NCBI RefSeq assembly: GCF_006345805.1
Contig: NC_043012.1
Coordinates: 930,001 to 994,000, forward strand
Direction of reading: 5' to 3'
DNA from: Octopus sinensis
Lineage: Eukaryota
DNA length: 64,000 nt
Below, one piece after another: positions 12,582 to 25,860 of this stretch. The translations under genes were made by a program, and so were the position numbers. The notes beneath the pieces were generated by a model that saw nothing but the letters and a program-made list of their open reading frames with translations, was not told where the DNA came from and ran no database searches. Every line of letters starts with the position of its first letter. The stretch's first letter is position 1.

Positions 12582-13395
12582 CATTATTATTATTATTACT
12601 ATTATTATTACTATCATTATTATTATTATTATTATTATTATTGTTAACATTATTCCCGGAAACTAACATATTCGGAATCAGCAACATTATCATCATTATT
12701 ATAAATATTATTGTTTTTGTTGTTGTTCTTTTTCTTTCACAGAATTTGTTTTCCAGAAATAAATATGTTAGAGGGGAAAAAAATTACACATACACAACAT
12801 ATATATTTAAAAAAAAAAGACAGAAAACATTATATTTGAATAAATCCCCACATTGAATTGAACCTGTGAAGCCAAATTTACTTTCCGTTTTATTTATCTA
12901 TTTGTTTAATTATTTATTTATTTATTTTAATAATCTTTTTATTTTAACTCTGATAATTTTAAATAATATTTTTAGTTGCTTTTCCTTTTTTTTTTATCGT
13001 TATATTTTCAAATTAAAATCTTCATCATGTTATTGTTGTGCCACTCACTCCCTGTTATGGTAAACCTTTTAATCTTTCAAATAACCTGTTGGCCAGCATG
13101 TTGCACAAAAATAATTATTTCTAAATGAGGTACATGCATAGCAACATGGTTTAGCAGTTTGCTTACCAACTATAAGCTTTTGATTTCAACCCCACTACAC
13201 AGCAAAAGGTCAACCAAAGTATTGAGAGTGAATTAGCCAGACAACTGAAAGAAGCCTGTCTTGTTTACATACACATATATTGACTACTGTTTCCCAATTA
13301 CATGGTTCCAGGTTCAGTTCCACTGTGTGGTACCTTGGGCAATTGTCTTTGATCTGACCAAAGCCTTGTGAGTGCATTTAGTAGACAGTAACTTA

Positions 13396-13898
13396 TGTAC
13401 ATGATGGCTATCCACTCGTGACTGAGGAAGACCATTGCCGACCTTCAGGAACATTGTGCGCTCTAGGACTAACTTATATTTTGCATTTGCGGCTCCGTTG
13501 GTGGCTAATGAGCCCTCCTCTTGACAAGCATACACGACTGCAAACATTGCAGACCAAGCTTTCCCCATTCACTATACGAGCCATGCGCTTTCGTGCAGCT
13601 CGCTTAAGTTCTTCATGCTGGATACGTGCTCTCTCAAAAGTGTCGATCCCCTCCTTAACCTGCTTCCTCCATCTGTGGCGATGACAGGCATTGTTCTCCC
13701 AGTCAGTGTCCTACATATCACAGGCCTTTAATGAGGGCTTGACACAGTCCTTAAATCGCAGCCTTGGTTTCTGCTGGAGTCTCCTTCCATTCACAAGTTC
13801 TCCATAGAGCATCTGCTTAGGAATCCTTCTATCCTTCATTCTAATAAGGTGTCCAGTCCAACGCAACCGGTGCTTGTGCACCATCATCTCAATATTCA
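13396..13898 (-). pseudogene. RTE-clade LINE 3' end with C-terminal zinc-finger-like motif
   Basis: IEMMVHKHRLRWTGHLIRMKDRRIPKQMLYGEL...KPRLRFKDCVK...*DTDWE...RWRKQVKEG...LVCNVCSRVCLSRGGLISHQRS; one internal stop (13711-13713), terminal stop 13474-13476. Confidence 0.88.
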
Positions 13899-13967
13899 AT
13901 ACATACATACATACATACATACATACATACATACATACATACATACATACATACATACATACATACA

Positions 13968-13996
<29 letters not shown>
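13899..13996. repeat. Near-perfect (ACAT)n microsatellite
   Basis: Uninterrupted atac repeats abutting the RTE truncation point. Confidence 0.95.
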
Positions 13997-13998
<2 letters not shown>

Positions 13999-14179
13999 TT
14001 CAGTGACAATGAACAAAGTACCAATAAAGCACTTGGGTTGATGTAATCTATTTGCCCCACACTCCTGAAATTACTGAAATTGTGCCAAAATTTGAAACCA
14101 TTAACATTATCATTATTATTATTATTGTGGCTATGTATAGGCATAGGAGTGACTGTGTTATAGGCGTAGGAATGGCTGT

Positions 14180-14387
14180 GAGTCTTGTTTGTCCCCCCTC
14201 TCCAACATTGCTTGACCACTGATGCTGGTGTGTTTACATCCCCATAACTTAGTGGTTCAGCAAAAGAGACTGATAAAATAAGTACTATGCTAACAAAGAA
14301 TAAGTCCTGGGGTTGATTTGTTCAACGAAGGCAGTGCTCCAGCATGGCCACAGTCAAATGACTGAAACAAGTAAAAGAATAAAAGAA
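14180..14387 (+). mobile_element. SINE family A, 3' half
   Basis: TTGTCCCCCC...GATGCTGGTGTGTTTAC...CAGCATGGCCACAGTCAAATGACTGAAACAAGTAAAAGA. Confidence 0.85.
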
Positions 14388-14424
14388 TTATTATTAGTAG
14401 TTTTATTATTGTTGTTCCTACATT

Positions 14425-14935
14425 GGACACAAAACTCTGCTTGTGAAGACCTGTTGAGGCAAGTGAAATTGAAATCAAATCAAATTTGCAAATTTGATGA
14501 CTGGCATCTATGCCATAGGAGCGCTAAGAGCATCGTCCGAGCATGATCGCTGCCAGAGCAGCTGACTGGCTTCCGTGCTGGTGGCACATAAAAAGCACCA
14601 TTCAAACGTGATCGTTACCAGCGTTGCCATACTGGCACATGAAAAACAACATTCGAGTGAGATCATTGCAAGTGCTGCTGGACTGGCTCCTGTGCAGGTG
14701 GCACATAAAAAACACCACTTGAGTGTGGCCATTGCCAGTACTGCCTGACTGGCCCTTGTGCCGGTGGCACGTAAAATCACCCACTACACTCTTGGAGTGG
14801 TTGGCATTAGGAAGGGCATCCAGCTGTAGAAACTCTGCCAGATCGGACTGGAGCCTGGTGCAGCTATCTGGTTCGCCAGTCCCCAATCAAATCGTCCAAC
14901 CCATGCTAGCATGGAAAGCGGACGTTAAATGATGT
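14425..14935 (+). mobile_element. RTE-LINE 3' end (family C) with five tandem structured 3' UTR units
   Basis: Starts with ORF-end-like TGCTTGTGAAGACC...GCAAGTGA; repeats of GTGCnGGTGGCAC-TAAAAA-CACC at 14574, 14691 and 14757 plus two degenerate units; ends CCATGCTAGCATGGAAAGCGGACGTTAAATGATG. Confidence 0.8.
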
Positions 14936-15177
14936 TGAACAACAAGATAAGCAATATTTCATCTGTCTTTACATTCTCAGTTCAAATTACTTGTATATTT
15001 AAAAATACAAAGTTATAGTTATAACTAGGAACAAAATGAAACTGAAAATTACACCATAAAATACTTTTATTATAAAATTCGGATGCAAAGGTTTATATCA
15101 TTGAGAAGGAAACGAATTAATGTCATAGGTGAAATATAACTATGCGGAAATTAATATTTCAAAGACGGAAAAATCTA

Positions 15178-15308
15178 GTATGTCCTTGATGAAGTAATAG
15201 AAAAGGTCACTTATGTCCTTGATAAAATAATATAAAACCATGGAAGGTCACTTACATCCTTGATGAAAATAATATGAAAGCATGGAAGGTTAGCTTATAC
15301 CCTTGATG
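15178..15308. repeat. ~41-bp minisatellite, 3-4 copies
   Basis: GGTCACTTATGTCCTTGATAAAATAATATAAAACCATGGAA and variants. Confidence 0.75.
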
Positions 15309-15795
15309 TTGTAACGGTATAAATATTGATGGCTGTACAGGACTTGGTAAGCGCTAAGGAGAAGAGGAAAAAGGCAAAAGGCAAAAAGGGGGAAAAAATA
15401 TATGTATTAAAAAAAAACGAAAATAAAGAGGAATATTTTAACATGTCAGAAAGTTGACTTTAATGATCGATCATACAGAATAGCAAATAAAAAAAAAAAA
15501 AAGGAAAAGATATGAAAGAATGATGGAAAGAGAGCAACAAAAGAACAGATTGACTGTGATACAATTCCTTGTTGAATTGATAGAAAAAGAAAGGAAAAAA
15601 GGAATGAGTAACATAAGAGAGAGAGAGAGAGAGAGAGGGAGAGAATGAGACAGGCATCATCGTCATCATCCTAACAGAACGTAATATGTTAAGGACCATT
15701 TATATTCCTTCTGTGAAAGAGAAACAAAAAGTAACAGTTTTCAAAATGAGTTATGTCTTCAACCAAAACACCAAACTATGCTTCAATATATTATC

Positions 15796-15796
<1 letters not shown>

Positions 15797-15838
<42 letters not shown>

Positions 15839-15842
15839 TGAA

Positions 15843-15893
<51 letters not shown>

Positions 15894-16054
15894 AATAATG
15901 ATAATAATGATAATAAAATATAATAATAATAATAATAATAATAATACTGATAATAATAATAATAATATGATGATGATGATGATGATGATGAAGATGATGA
16001 TGATGATGATGATGATGATAATATAATAATAATGATAATAATATAATAATAATA

Positions 16055-16089
<35 letters not shown>

Positions 16090-16102
16090 AATGATGATGA
16101 TG

Positions 16103-16136
<34 letters not shown>

Positions 16137-16230
16137 TAATAATGATGATAATAATGATGATGATGATGATAATAATAATAATAATAATGATAATAATAAT
16201 AATGATGGTGATGATGATGATGATGACGAT
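15797..16230. repeat. Compound (AAT)n/(GAT)n microsatellite
   Basis: Direct inspection. Confidence 0.95.
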
Positions 16231-17779
16231 TTTGATGTTGATGATGTTAGAACGTTTAGAATATGGCGGAACAAAACCATACGCAGATAAAGAATAATAA
16301 ATATAAAGATAAAAAGTTAAGGAAAAAAACAACAACAAACAGTGAAACAAAACAAAATCAATAAATACTGTTATTTTTCGCTCGGTATATGATACCGGAC
16401 GAACTAGTTGGTTGTTTCATTGACCTAATCTATCAATAGCTTACGTATTTAGATGGCAGGGTGGTGTGAGGGGGGGGGAGCGTTGCGGGGTGGGTGTTGG
16501 ATGGTTGGGAAGGTGTTTGGGGGTAGAGGGTGGATGATGGTAGAGGTGGCGCTGGAGATGGTGATGGTGATGGTGATGCGGATGGTTTAGAAGTTAGGGT
16601 GAAAAAGAGAAGAGAAGAAGGTGAGTGGGTGGCTGAGAGAGAGAGAGGGAGGGAGGGAAGAGAAAGAGAGAGGGTGGGAGGTGAAAGAGAGAGGAAGAAT
16701 TATGAAAGATCAATGAAAGAGAGAAAGAGAGAGAAAAGAGAGAAAGAGATACATCAAAACATGTTTGTCTTGTATTGTTGGGATTTGTGGATGGATGTTG
16801 GTCGGGCTGGACTCTCTACATTCTAGGTTCAAATCCTGATGAAGTCAACTTTGGCCTTCTTCCTCCTGGGGCTGAATGGAGCATTGGGTGGGGTGTAGGT
16901 TTGGTGGTATCGAGTGGCCCCTTTATAATCATTGGCCTTGTGTCTAAATCATAGACCATACATTTTGTTGTTGCTGTTGTTGTTGTTGATGACAATGACG
17001 ATGACGACGACTATGTTGTTGATGTTATTGTTGTTACTGTTGTTCTGTTTACCAGAATCTTATGATTTCTAAAATGCAGCCAGTTAAAACATTAATACAC
17101 TGATAGTCTAATTAAATTGAGTTAATTAAATTTATTTAGTAGTAACAGATGTTAATTTAACTTTTGCTATGTTGTTTGAGCTTTTTTGTTTTTTTAATGT
17201 GTTTTTTAATGTCTAGAGGAAGCAGTGGGTGGGTGGGTGTGTGAGCATTTGTTGCAGTTGTGCTTATGGCCCTCTCAGGCCCTCCAAGTCAACCAGCTTA
17301 ATGAGGTTGTAAACAAGATTTTGACTCTCGGATATAACCAATCATCTCAATTTATGCCTCATGGATTGGTTTAGTTGGTCTTGTCAGATACCTCACCCAT
17401 CTCCACTTACTTGTAACATCTTGTAAATATTCTCCTATTTAAAACAACAAAACCAACAACAGCAACAAAAGTCTCTATCTATGCTCTCATCCCACAAACA
17501 AACCTAATGAATGTATTGTTACTGATTACTGAAATCTCTCTATGGTATATATGATGATATTATCAACAGTTATGTGGTATATAGGAATGTGGTATATATA
17601 TTATGTGGTATATAGGAATAACCGAAGACCTAGTTTTCTATGACTCTACAGGGCTGCAGCATAAAGGAATTTTTATAGAAGAGACAAAAACTGTGGACCA
17701 TTAGAATGCCCAATTATCTGTCCCCACTGGTTTACCATACATCTTCAGCCTCCATGGCGTTCACATCATCATATGATGA

Positions 17780-17930
17780 TATCATCATCATCACTCAACG
17801 TCTGTTGTCCGTACTGGCATGGGTTGGACGGTGTGACTGGGATGGCATGCTGGAAGGCTGTGCCAGGATCCAGTCTGATTTGGCATGATTTTTTCCATGC
17901 CTTGATGCTCTTCCTAATGCCAACCACTCC
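17780..17930 (-). mobile_element. Family C (RTE 3' UTR) fragment
   Basis: (CAT)n...GCATGGGTTGGACGG...TTCCTAATGCCAACCACTCC. Confidence 0.7.
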
Positions 17931-18299
17931 ATATACCATTCCCAAGTCAATAGAGGCAATGTTATGCCACACATTGGTCAAGGCTTCTTCCAGCCATTTT
18001 CTTGTTGCTATATAAGTTCACTACATCATTTATTTTTGGAATCACAGCCATATATTACATTCTTCATTGTCTATTCTTGGTTGTATTCCTCAGGCAAAGA
18101 GGTACTGTCTTTTGTAACATATTGCACCTATTTCTTTTCTTATTTTGCAACATTTGTTTTTTTTTTCACCTGAAGCCAACCTATGACCAACAATTAATTC
18201 CGGCTGGTAGCAAAAACAAAGCCGTTATTAAAATTCAGGTTATTGTTATTTGTATGTGTCAAGGTACAAACATTAAATTTTGGGAAATACATTTGTCAA

Positions 18300-19107
18300 T
18301 GATGTTGATGATAATGATGATGGTGATGATGATAATGATTAAACTGATGTTAACATCAATAATGACAGCAATGGTATAGTGGTGGTGATTATGGTGGTGG
18401 CGGTGGTGGTGGTAGTGGATGTGATGATGATAATGGTGGTGGTGGTGGTGGTGGTGGTGGTGGTGGTGGTAATAACAGTGGTGATTTTGATGGTGGTGAC
18501 GATGATAAAGATCATGATAACAATGGTGATGACAGCAATGGTAGTGGTAGGAATTGTGGTGGCGATGGTGGTGGTGATGGTGGTTGTAGTGGGAGTAGCT
18601 GTCACATGATGGTGATGACAATAACGATGATGGTTATGGTGGTGAAGGTGATGGTGTTGTTGTTGGTGGTGTTGGTGAAGGGGAAGGTTATGATAATGGT
18701 GATGATGATGATGATGTTGTTGTTCTTGTTGTTGTTGTTGGTGGTGATGATGATGATGATGATGATGATTTATCAGTGATGGTTGTTGATGGTGATCATC
18801 AGGTGAATACTTATCTCTTGTTCTGCAAGTAAATCTTGTTTGTAGTTTATATAGTGGTGTGATGTGAAAGACACACACACACTCACACACACACACATAC
18901 ATGCATACCTCACACACACACGCATGCACAAACATACACACACACATTCATATATGTAAGCACTTTCCTACACATGTATATATATTGTGTTGGTGATTGC
19001 AATGGTAGCGATGATGATGGTGGGGGGGATGATGATAATGGTGATGATGATGGTGGTGGGGGGGATGATGATAATGGTGATGATGATGATGATGATGATG
19101 GTGATGG

Positions 19108-19174
<67 letters not shown>

Positions 19175-19550
19175 GATGATGATCACAATGATCACAATGA
19201 TGAAGATGATGACGATTATAATGATGGTGATGAATGGTGATGATGATAATGGTGATGATGACGACGACGACGACGGTGGTGGTGATGATAATGATGATGA
19301 TGATGATGACGGTGATGATGATGATGATGATGATAATGGTGATGATGATGATGATGGTGGTGGTGATGATAGTGTTGGAATTGTATACTGCAGTGATGGC
19401 AGTGTTGGTGCAGTTATATAGTAGTAGTAATAGTAGTAGCAGCAGCAGCAGCAACAGCAGTAGTAGTTGTAATAGTAGCAGCAGCAGTACTTATGGAGGT
19501 GGCAGTGGTGGTGGTGGTAGTGGTGGTGGTGGTAGTAGTGCTTGGGTTGG
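18300..19550. repeat. Compound (GAT/GGT/GTT/AGC)n trinucleotide region with a central (CA)n
   Basis: Direct inspection; poly-His/Val/Met/Asp ORFs are artefacts. Confidence 0.9.
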
Positions 19551-20028
19551 ATGAGTGGACGGATACGTAAGTTGGCTGGCTGGCTGGCTGGTTAGCTAAC
19601 TGGTTCGTTGGTCGGTCGGTCAGTTGGTTTCATGGTTAAATACATATAAAAATAACATGTCTATGAAAAATTAATTGGTATCGATACAGTGTTGGAATGG
19701 TGAAACAGCTGTTGTTACAAGAGTCGGCATGAGATTGCTTCAGGGCGACAACTTTGTTGCTATTATGAGAAATAATCCAAATCTTGGAAGAAAACAAGAC
19801 ATATACAAAAACAAAACAAAAATATAAAAAAAAAGGAAATGAAAGTAAAGTTTTAGGAAAATAAGACAGAAAACTGTTTTACTGTTTTATATATGGAGAT
19901 GTGCGTATGTGCGTGTATATATATCTGTATGTATGTATGTATATATATATATATAACAGCAAAACATGTATATATGTTTATATATACATGTTTTGCTGTT
20001 ATATATATATATACATAAATATATGTAT

Positions 20029-20190
20029 GCTCAGGAGTGACTGTGTGGTAAGTAGCTTGCTAACCAACCACATGGTTCCGGGTTCAGTCCCACTGCGTGG
20101 CATCTTGGGCAAGTGTCTTCTACTATAGCCTCGGGCCAACCAAAGCCTTGTGAGTGGATTTGGTCGACGGAAACTGAAAGAAGCATGTCG

Positions 20191-20234
<44 letters not shown>

Positions 20235-20447
20235 AGTGTGTTTGTGTGTCTGTGTTTGTTCCCCCAGCATTGTTTGACAACCGATGCTGGTGTGTTGACA
20301 TCCCCGTCACTTAGCGGTTCAACAAAAGAGACCGATAGAATAAGTACTGGGCTTACAAAGAATAAGTCCCAGGGTCGATTTGCTTGACTAAAGGCGGTGC
20401 TCCAGCATGGCCACAATCAAATGACTGAAACAAGTAAAAGATTAAAG
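20029..20447 (+). mobile_element. SINE family A, full length
   Basis: Collinear with 8761-9168 and 34262-34705. Confidence 0.9.
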
Positions 20448-20466
20448 AGAGATATATACATCTATA

Positions 20467-20518
<52 letters not shown>

Positions 20519-20525
20519 TACATAC

Positions 20526-20559
<34 letters not shown>

Positions 20560-21127
20560 GCACAGAATAGAAATTTAAACAAGCCATTATATTTACCTAT
20601 TTATCGGTCTGTCTGTCTGTCTGTTTGTCTCTCTGTCCATATATATATCTATCTGTCTACACATACACACACACACATATATATATGTACACCTATACAT
20701 TGTACATATATGTATAAATCATATATCTATGTATATATATTATATTTATATATTCTTATGTGTGCATGCATGAATATATATTTATATATACACACACACA
20801 CACATATATATATATACATACATATATATATATATAGAGAGAGAGAGATCGTAAGAGAGAGAGACAGAGACATGGAGAAAGAGAAAGAGAAAAGCAAAGA
20901 AAAGGAAATTTGTGTATTAAAGCATTCATTTACTCTTGTATCTACAATATCTGTTTGGTCTCCTGCAAAAGACCATTTCTTCTCTAATGTTTAGTAGGAT
21001 CAATGCTTCAATTTTGTAATATGAGCATCAGACTTCCATCAGTTTGAGACTGCAATCTTCCCCTATTTTGCTGATGGTTGGAGTCATATAGCTTCAAATA
21101 CTTACCACTGTCATACATCACACCACT

Positions 21128-21446
21128 ATCATCGTCATCATCATCATCGTTTAACGTCCGTTCTCCATGCTAGCATGGGTTGGACGGTTCGACCGGGGAT
21201 CTGGGAAGCCAGAAGGCTGCACCAGGCTCCGGTCTTATCTGGCAATGTTTCTACAGCTGGATGCCCTTCCTAACGCCAACCACTCCGTGAGTGTAGTGGG
21301 TGCTTTTTACATGCCACCTGCACTGGTGCCAGGCGAGGCTGGCATCGGCCACGGTCGGATTGGTGCATTTTACGTGCCACCGGCACGGAAGCCAGTCGAC
21401 GCGGTACTGGCTTCGGCCACAATTCGGATGGTGCTTTTTACGTGCC
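21128..21446 (-). mobile_element. Family C (RTE 3' UTR), 2.5 structured units
   Basis: Pseudoknot motifs at 21299-21324 and 21362-21387; truncated inside a third motif at 21446. Confidence 0.85.
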
Positions 21447-21639
21447 TTGCAGAACAAGAGATAAGTATTCACCTGATAATCACCATCAACAACCATCACT
21501 GATAAATCATCAACATCATCATCTTGAGAAGGGCATGAATGCCGTAACATCACATAATTATTATCCATTGCCTTTTTAAAAATATTTGGCATTCTCTAGT
21601 CATTTAACACATTTAACATATATGGAATTATAGTAATAT

Positions 21640-21850
21640 TTGTTTCAATTTTTGGCACAAGGCCTGCAAGTTTAGGGGAGAGGTTAGTCAAGTACATCAA
21701 CCCCATTGTTCAACTGGTACTTATTTTATAGACCCTGAAAGGATGTAAGGCAAAGTTGAGCTTGGTAGAATTTTAACTTAGAACATAAAGATAAACGAAA
21801 TGCAGCTGAGTATTTTGATTGGCATGTTGATGATTCTGCCAGTTCACCAT
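21640..21850 (-). mobile_element. SINE family B
   Basis: GACCCTGAAAGGATGTAAGGCAAAGTTGA...GATTCTGCCAGTTCACC. Confidence 0.75.
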
Positions 21851-23345
21851 TTTTGGAATCATAGTAATACTAACAAGAGCACTCAGAGAGCACAAACCTC
21901 TGCCAAGTCAACACCAATGTCTTCTCAATGATTACCCGGAGAGGATTTTTAAAATGAGGATATCTGAAATAAACTCGACTGCTCTCACAAACAAGAATAC
22001 TAAAAATGCTCAATGGGGGCTTATTTTACCAAGCTTGGAAAGATGAAAGGCCAAGTCAACCCGGACATTATTTGAACTTAGAGTGTATAGAGTCAGAAGA
22101 AATAGTGCCATGTATTTTTGTTCATCATGTAAATAACGATTCTGTCGGTTCTCAGGAACTGTTGTTATTTTGGCCCTCATCTAAGAAATCATGAAGAAAC
22201 CTTCTTATGCTGAAGAATTCTCATTTCTGAAATTTCTTGTACTTGGAAGGTTCAATGTTATATATATAAAAAAAATAATAAGTGATGTGGTGAAGTGGAT
22301 AGAAGTACTGGATCAGAAACCATACAAACCTATATGATCTGAGTTCCAATCCTGTTTGTACTGAAATTACTTTTGTTTCTTTTAGAGTTAATTAAGTAGT
22401 AGTAATAAACCAAGGTCAATGCAATTAGCTGCCCTTCTCTTTATGCACTTTCACCTTGTTATATGTACAGAAACTTAAAGGGATAGAGAAAGAGAGAAAG
22501 AGAGATTGTAAGACAGATAAAAATATAAGGCAGGAGAGGTTTAAAAGATTGGGAGAGAAGGGAAAGACAAGAATGGAGAAGGGAACAGGGACGGAGAGAG
22601 AGAGACAGAGAAGAAGAGACAGACAGAGGGAAGAAGCAATATAAAGAGAAAAGAGACAGATAGAATGAAAGAGGCAGAAAGAGAACAAGAGGAGGAGGAG
22701 GAGATAATACTGGAGAAAATGGCAATGCCTGAAGCAAAGAATGGACTATAAAATATATGTTTTGAAATTATTTTCCTCTTAGAAGGTTTAATAAAAGAAC
22801 CGGTAAAATTTGGTCTAGAATTAGATATTCAGTCACAATAAGTTTTGCCTTCAAACCATTTCCTGGTTTTACAAACATATTAAGAATCTCACAAACAATT
22901 TCTAAATTATACCAACCTAATGAACGAAGAGGGACCAATGAAATAACTGGCATTAGGGGCTTTATTCTGAAGAATTCTGAAGAATATACCCTAAAGATTC
23001 TTCTTTATCTTCTTCAATATTCTTCTTGTAAATTATTATTGATAGACATTGCTTATAAGTAATAGAAAAATGTATTCCTAAACTATTTGGGAACATTGAT
23101 AAGATTCCAGTTCTACATAATATTGGTAATTAGAATTTCTTCTTACCAATTTTGAATTCTTCTTGCTCTTGAAATTTATTGGTACTTCTTTTAAATTTTT
23201 CTGCTTTTCATTTATTTACTAACACTTAAACACGTATAATTTAATCACATCAAATATATATATATATATATATATATACCGGAGTAAACACATAAATGTG
23301 AAACAAGGTGGAAAAAAGAGTACTCAAATACCAGTGGTAGAGTAA

Positions 23346-23413
23346 TATGCTTTATTTTAAGCAGCAGAAGTAACAGATTTTGTTGAATTTTCTGCTGCTT
23401 AAAATAAAGTATA
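23346..23413. repeat. ~23-bp inverted repeat inside a small TA-flanked element (from ~23278)
   Basis: ATGCTTTATTTTAAGCAGCAGAA ... TTCTGCTGCTTAAAATAAAGTAT. Confidence 0.75.
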
Positions 23414-23556
23414 TATATATATTATATATATATATATATTATATATACATACATACATGCATGTGTATGTATGTATTGTGTATGTTTGTGTATAAGTATT
23501 TATGTTAAGTACGCACTTACATAAGTAAGTTACATAGAACATAATTACGTACATAT

Positions 23557-23638
<82 letters not shown>

Positions 23639-23651
23639 GTATATATGTTAT

Positions 23652-23915
23652 CCGTGCCGGTGGCACGTAAAAAGCACCATCCGTCCGTGGCCGTTTGCCA
23701 GCCTCGTCTGGCACCTGTGCGGGTGGCATGTAAAAAGCAGCCACTACACTCACGGAGTGGTTGGCGTTAGGAAGGGCATTCAGCCATAGAAACACTGCCA
23801 GATCACACTGGGCCTGGTACAGCCTTCTGGCTTCCCGGACCCCAGTTGAACCGTCGAACCCATGCTAGCATGGAAAGCGGACGCTAAATGATGATGATGA
23901 TGATGATGATGATGA
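23652..23915 (+). mobile_element. Family C (RTE 3' UTR), 2 structured units
   Basis: Begins at CCGTGCCGGTGGCACGTAAAAAGCACC; ends CCATGCTAGCATGGAAAGCGGACGCTAAA(TGA)n. Confidence 0.85.
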
Positions 23916-23937
23916 TATATATATAAAGATATATATA

Positions 23938-24018
<81 letters not shown>

Positions 24019-24636
24019 ATATGTATATATACATATACACACACACACAAATCTAAATTCATAGACATCAGGAAAAAAATACTTGTATGTAGACATATAT
24101 ACAAGAGAATGAATAGATCATAGCATGTGACTGTGATTGTGATATATATAGATATAATATAATACACACACACACACACACATATGTATGTGCTTGAGAA
24201 GAAGATCCATGAAGCTGGGCAAAATCGCAATTGTGGCAGATTACGGTGTTACACAAATTGGCACCCATGCCAGTTGGCACATAGAAGCACCTGTTACACT
24301 CTCGAAGTGGTTGGTGTTAAGAAGACCATCCAGCATGGCCCCATTCAAATGATTGAAACAAGTAAAGGAGTAAAAGAGTAAAATAACGAAGAACTTTGCA
24401 AAATAATTTTATCATTATTAAACTGGTGCTATGAACATAAATTAGCATGAAATTTTGATGGAAGATTTTAATCTTGATCACTTTAACTATATTTCTGATG
24501 AAATACATTCCTATCATTTAAACTGATTTTGAAAATAATTAATTTAGCAAAATTATTTTATCATTATTAAACTGGTGCTACGAACATAAATTGACATTAA
24601 ATTTTGATTGGAAGATTTTAATTTTGTTCAGTTTAA

Positions 24637-24831
24637 CCCTTTCATTACTGAATTTATTTTGAGGGGTTCTGTGTTTCTTTCAGTTACATTAAATATAACA
24701 AAGAATTTCATGAAATAACTTGGTTATCATTAAGCTAGTGTTAGGAACATAAATTGTGACTAAGGTTTGGTGGAAGATTTTAATTCATAACTTAGGAAAA
24801 CTAAGTTTCAGCCGGGTTGGTAATGAAAGGG
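24637..24831. mobile_element. piggyBac-type MITE nested in older relatives (24380-24875)
   Basis: TTAA TSDs (24633-24636, 24832-24835); perfect 12-bp TIR CCCTTTCATTAC/GTAATGAAAGGG. Confidence 0.85.
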
Positions 24832-25102
24832 TTAAAACAGAAAATTTGTATCAGAGAATCTCGAGTAGGCATAGGTTTTTATGAAAACAGCAACCAAATT
24901 CCATTCTGTTGTCAGTATTCGGGCCAAGTAATTGGTCTGAAGATAACCCAGAAATCGCAGTCCAGAAATCGCAGTTTCTTTCTTTCAAGAGGTTTTGTTA
25001 TTTTAATTATATAACCTTGTTAAACAATAATTAAAAAGACAGATAATGAATACCTTTTAGCTTCTCTGTTTTCCCGTTTATAAATACAATGCTGCTGTTA
25101 GT

Positions 25103-25315
25103 TACAAGCTGTGTTCCAGAAGTTTTGGGACTTTTTTTTTTTTTTTTTTTGGAAGCAACAGTTATTAATTTCAAAGAAGTACAAAACTCGAAATCTCCTT
25201 CGAAATATGATCCTCCAACTTCAATGTTCTCCTTGTAGTGTTCCAGCCACTTCGTGGAGGCCCGATGGAGGTCTTCCAAGGTAACAACATTGACAGCTCG
25301 GCTTATTAGATAAAT
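25103..25315 (-). pseudogene. mariner transposase C-terminus and 3' end remnant
   Basis: ...TLEDLHRASTKWLEHYKENIEVGGSYFEGD resembles mariner W..R..KCI...GxYFEG; TIR-like TACAAGCTGTGTTCCAGAAG. Confidence 0.65.
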
Positions 25316-25600
25316 ACTCTTTACTCTTTTTACTCTTTCACTTGTTTCAGTCATTTGACTGTGGCCATGCTGGAGCACCAGTTTGCGTGACACCAGTATC
25401 TGCCACGACTGCAATTTTGCTCAGCTCCTAAGTAATGCCAGTGTAAAATTTAAATGAAATCAGTTGGGTAGTGCTCAAGTTTTAATGATGCGCACATACA
25501 GACTCACACATTCTCACCTTTATATATATAGATTATATTATACACACATTTTCAGAGAGGAACAGGAAGAGAGAAATAAATAACTATATATATATGTATA

Positions 25601-25641
<41 letters not shown>

Positions 25642-25860
25642 GAATATATATGTATATATATATAGAGAGAGAGATATATATGTATGTATATATATATAGA
25701 TATATGTATATATATTATATATATATATGTGTGTGTGTATATATATATATATATATAATTATTTATTATTTTATATATACATATATATATGTATGTATGT
25801 ATATATATATATATATATATATACATATATATATGTATATATAGATAGATATATATATAT

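Noticed and set aside
14574-14781. CRISPR-like look (palindromic repeat plus ~40-nt spacers)
   Set aside because: Spacers are homologous to each other, the array lies in a eukaryotic retroelement UTR, and there are no cas genes.
22760-23220. Possible Penelope GIY-YIG remnant (minus strand, ...YVCKT...)
   Set aside because: Too many stops and frameshifts to support by eye; needs a translated HMM search.
23653-23741. Pistol ribozyme resemblance (hairpin, UAAA, CGU before a stem)
   Set aside because: The pseudoknot partner sits directly after the A-run rather than before the GCGU motif, and the catalytic G position reads C or U.
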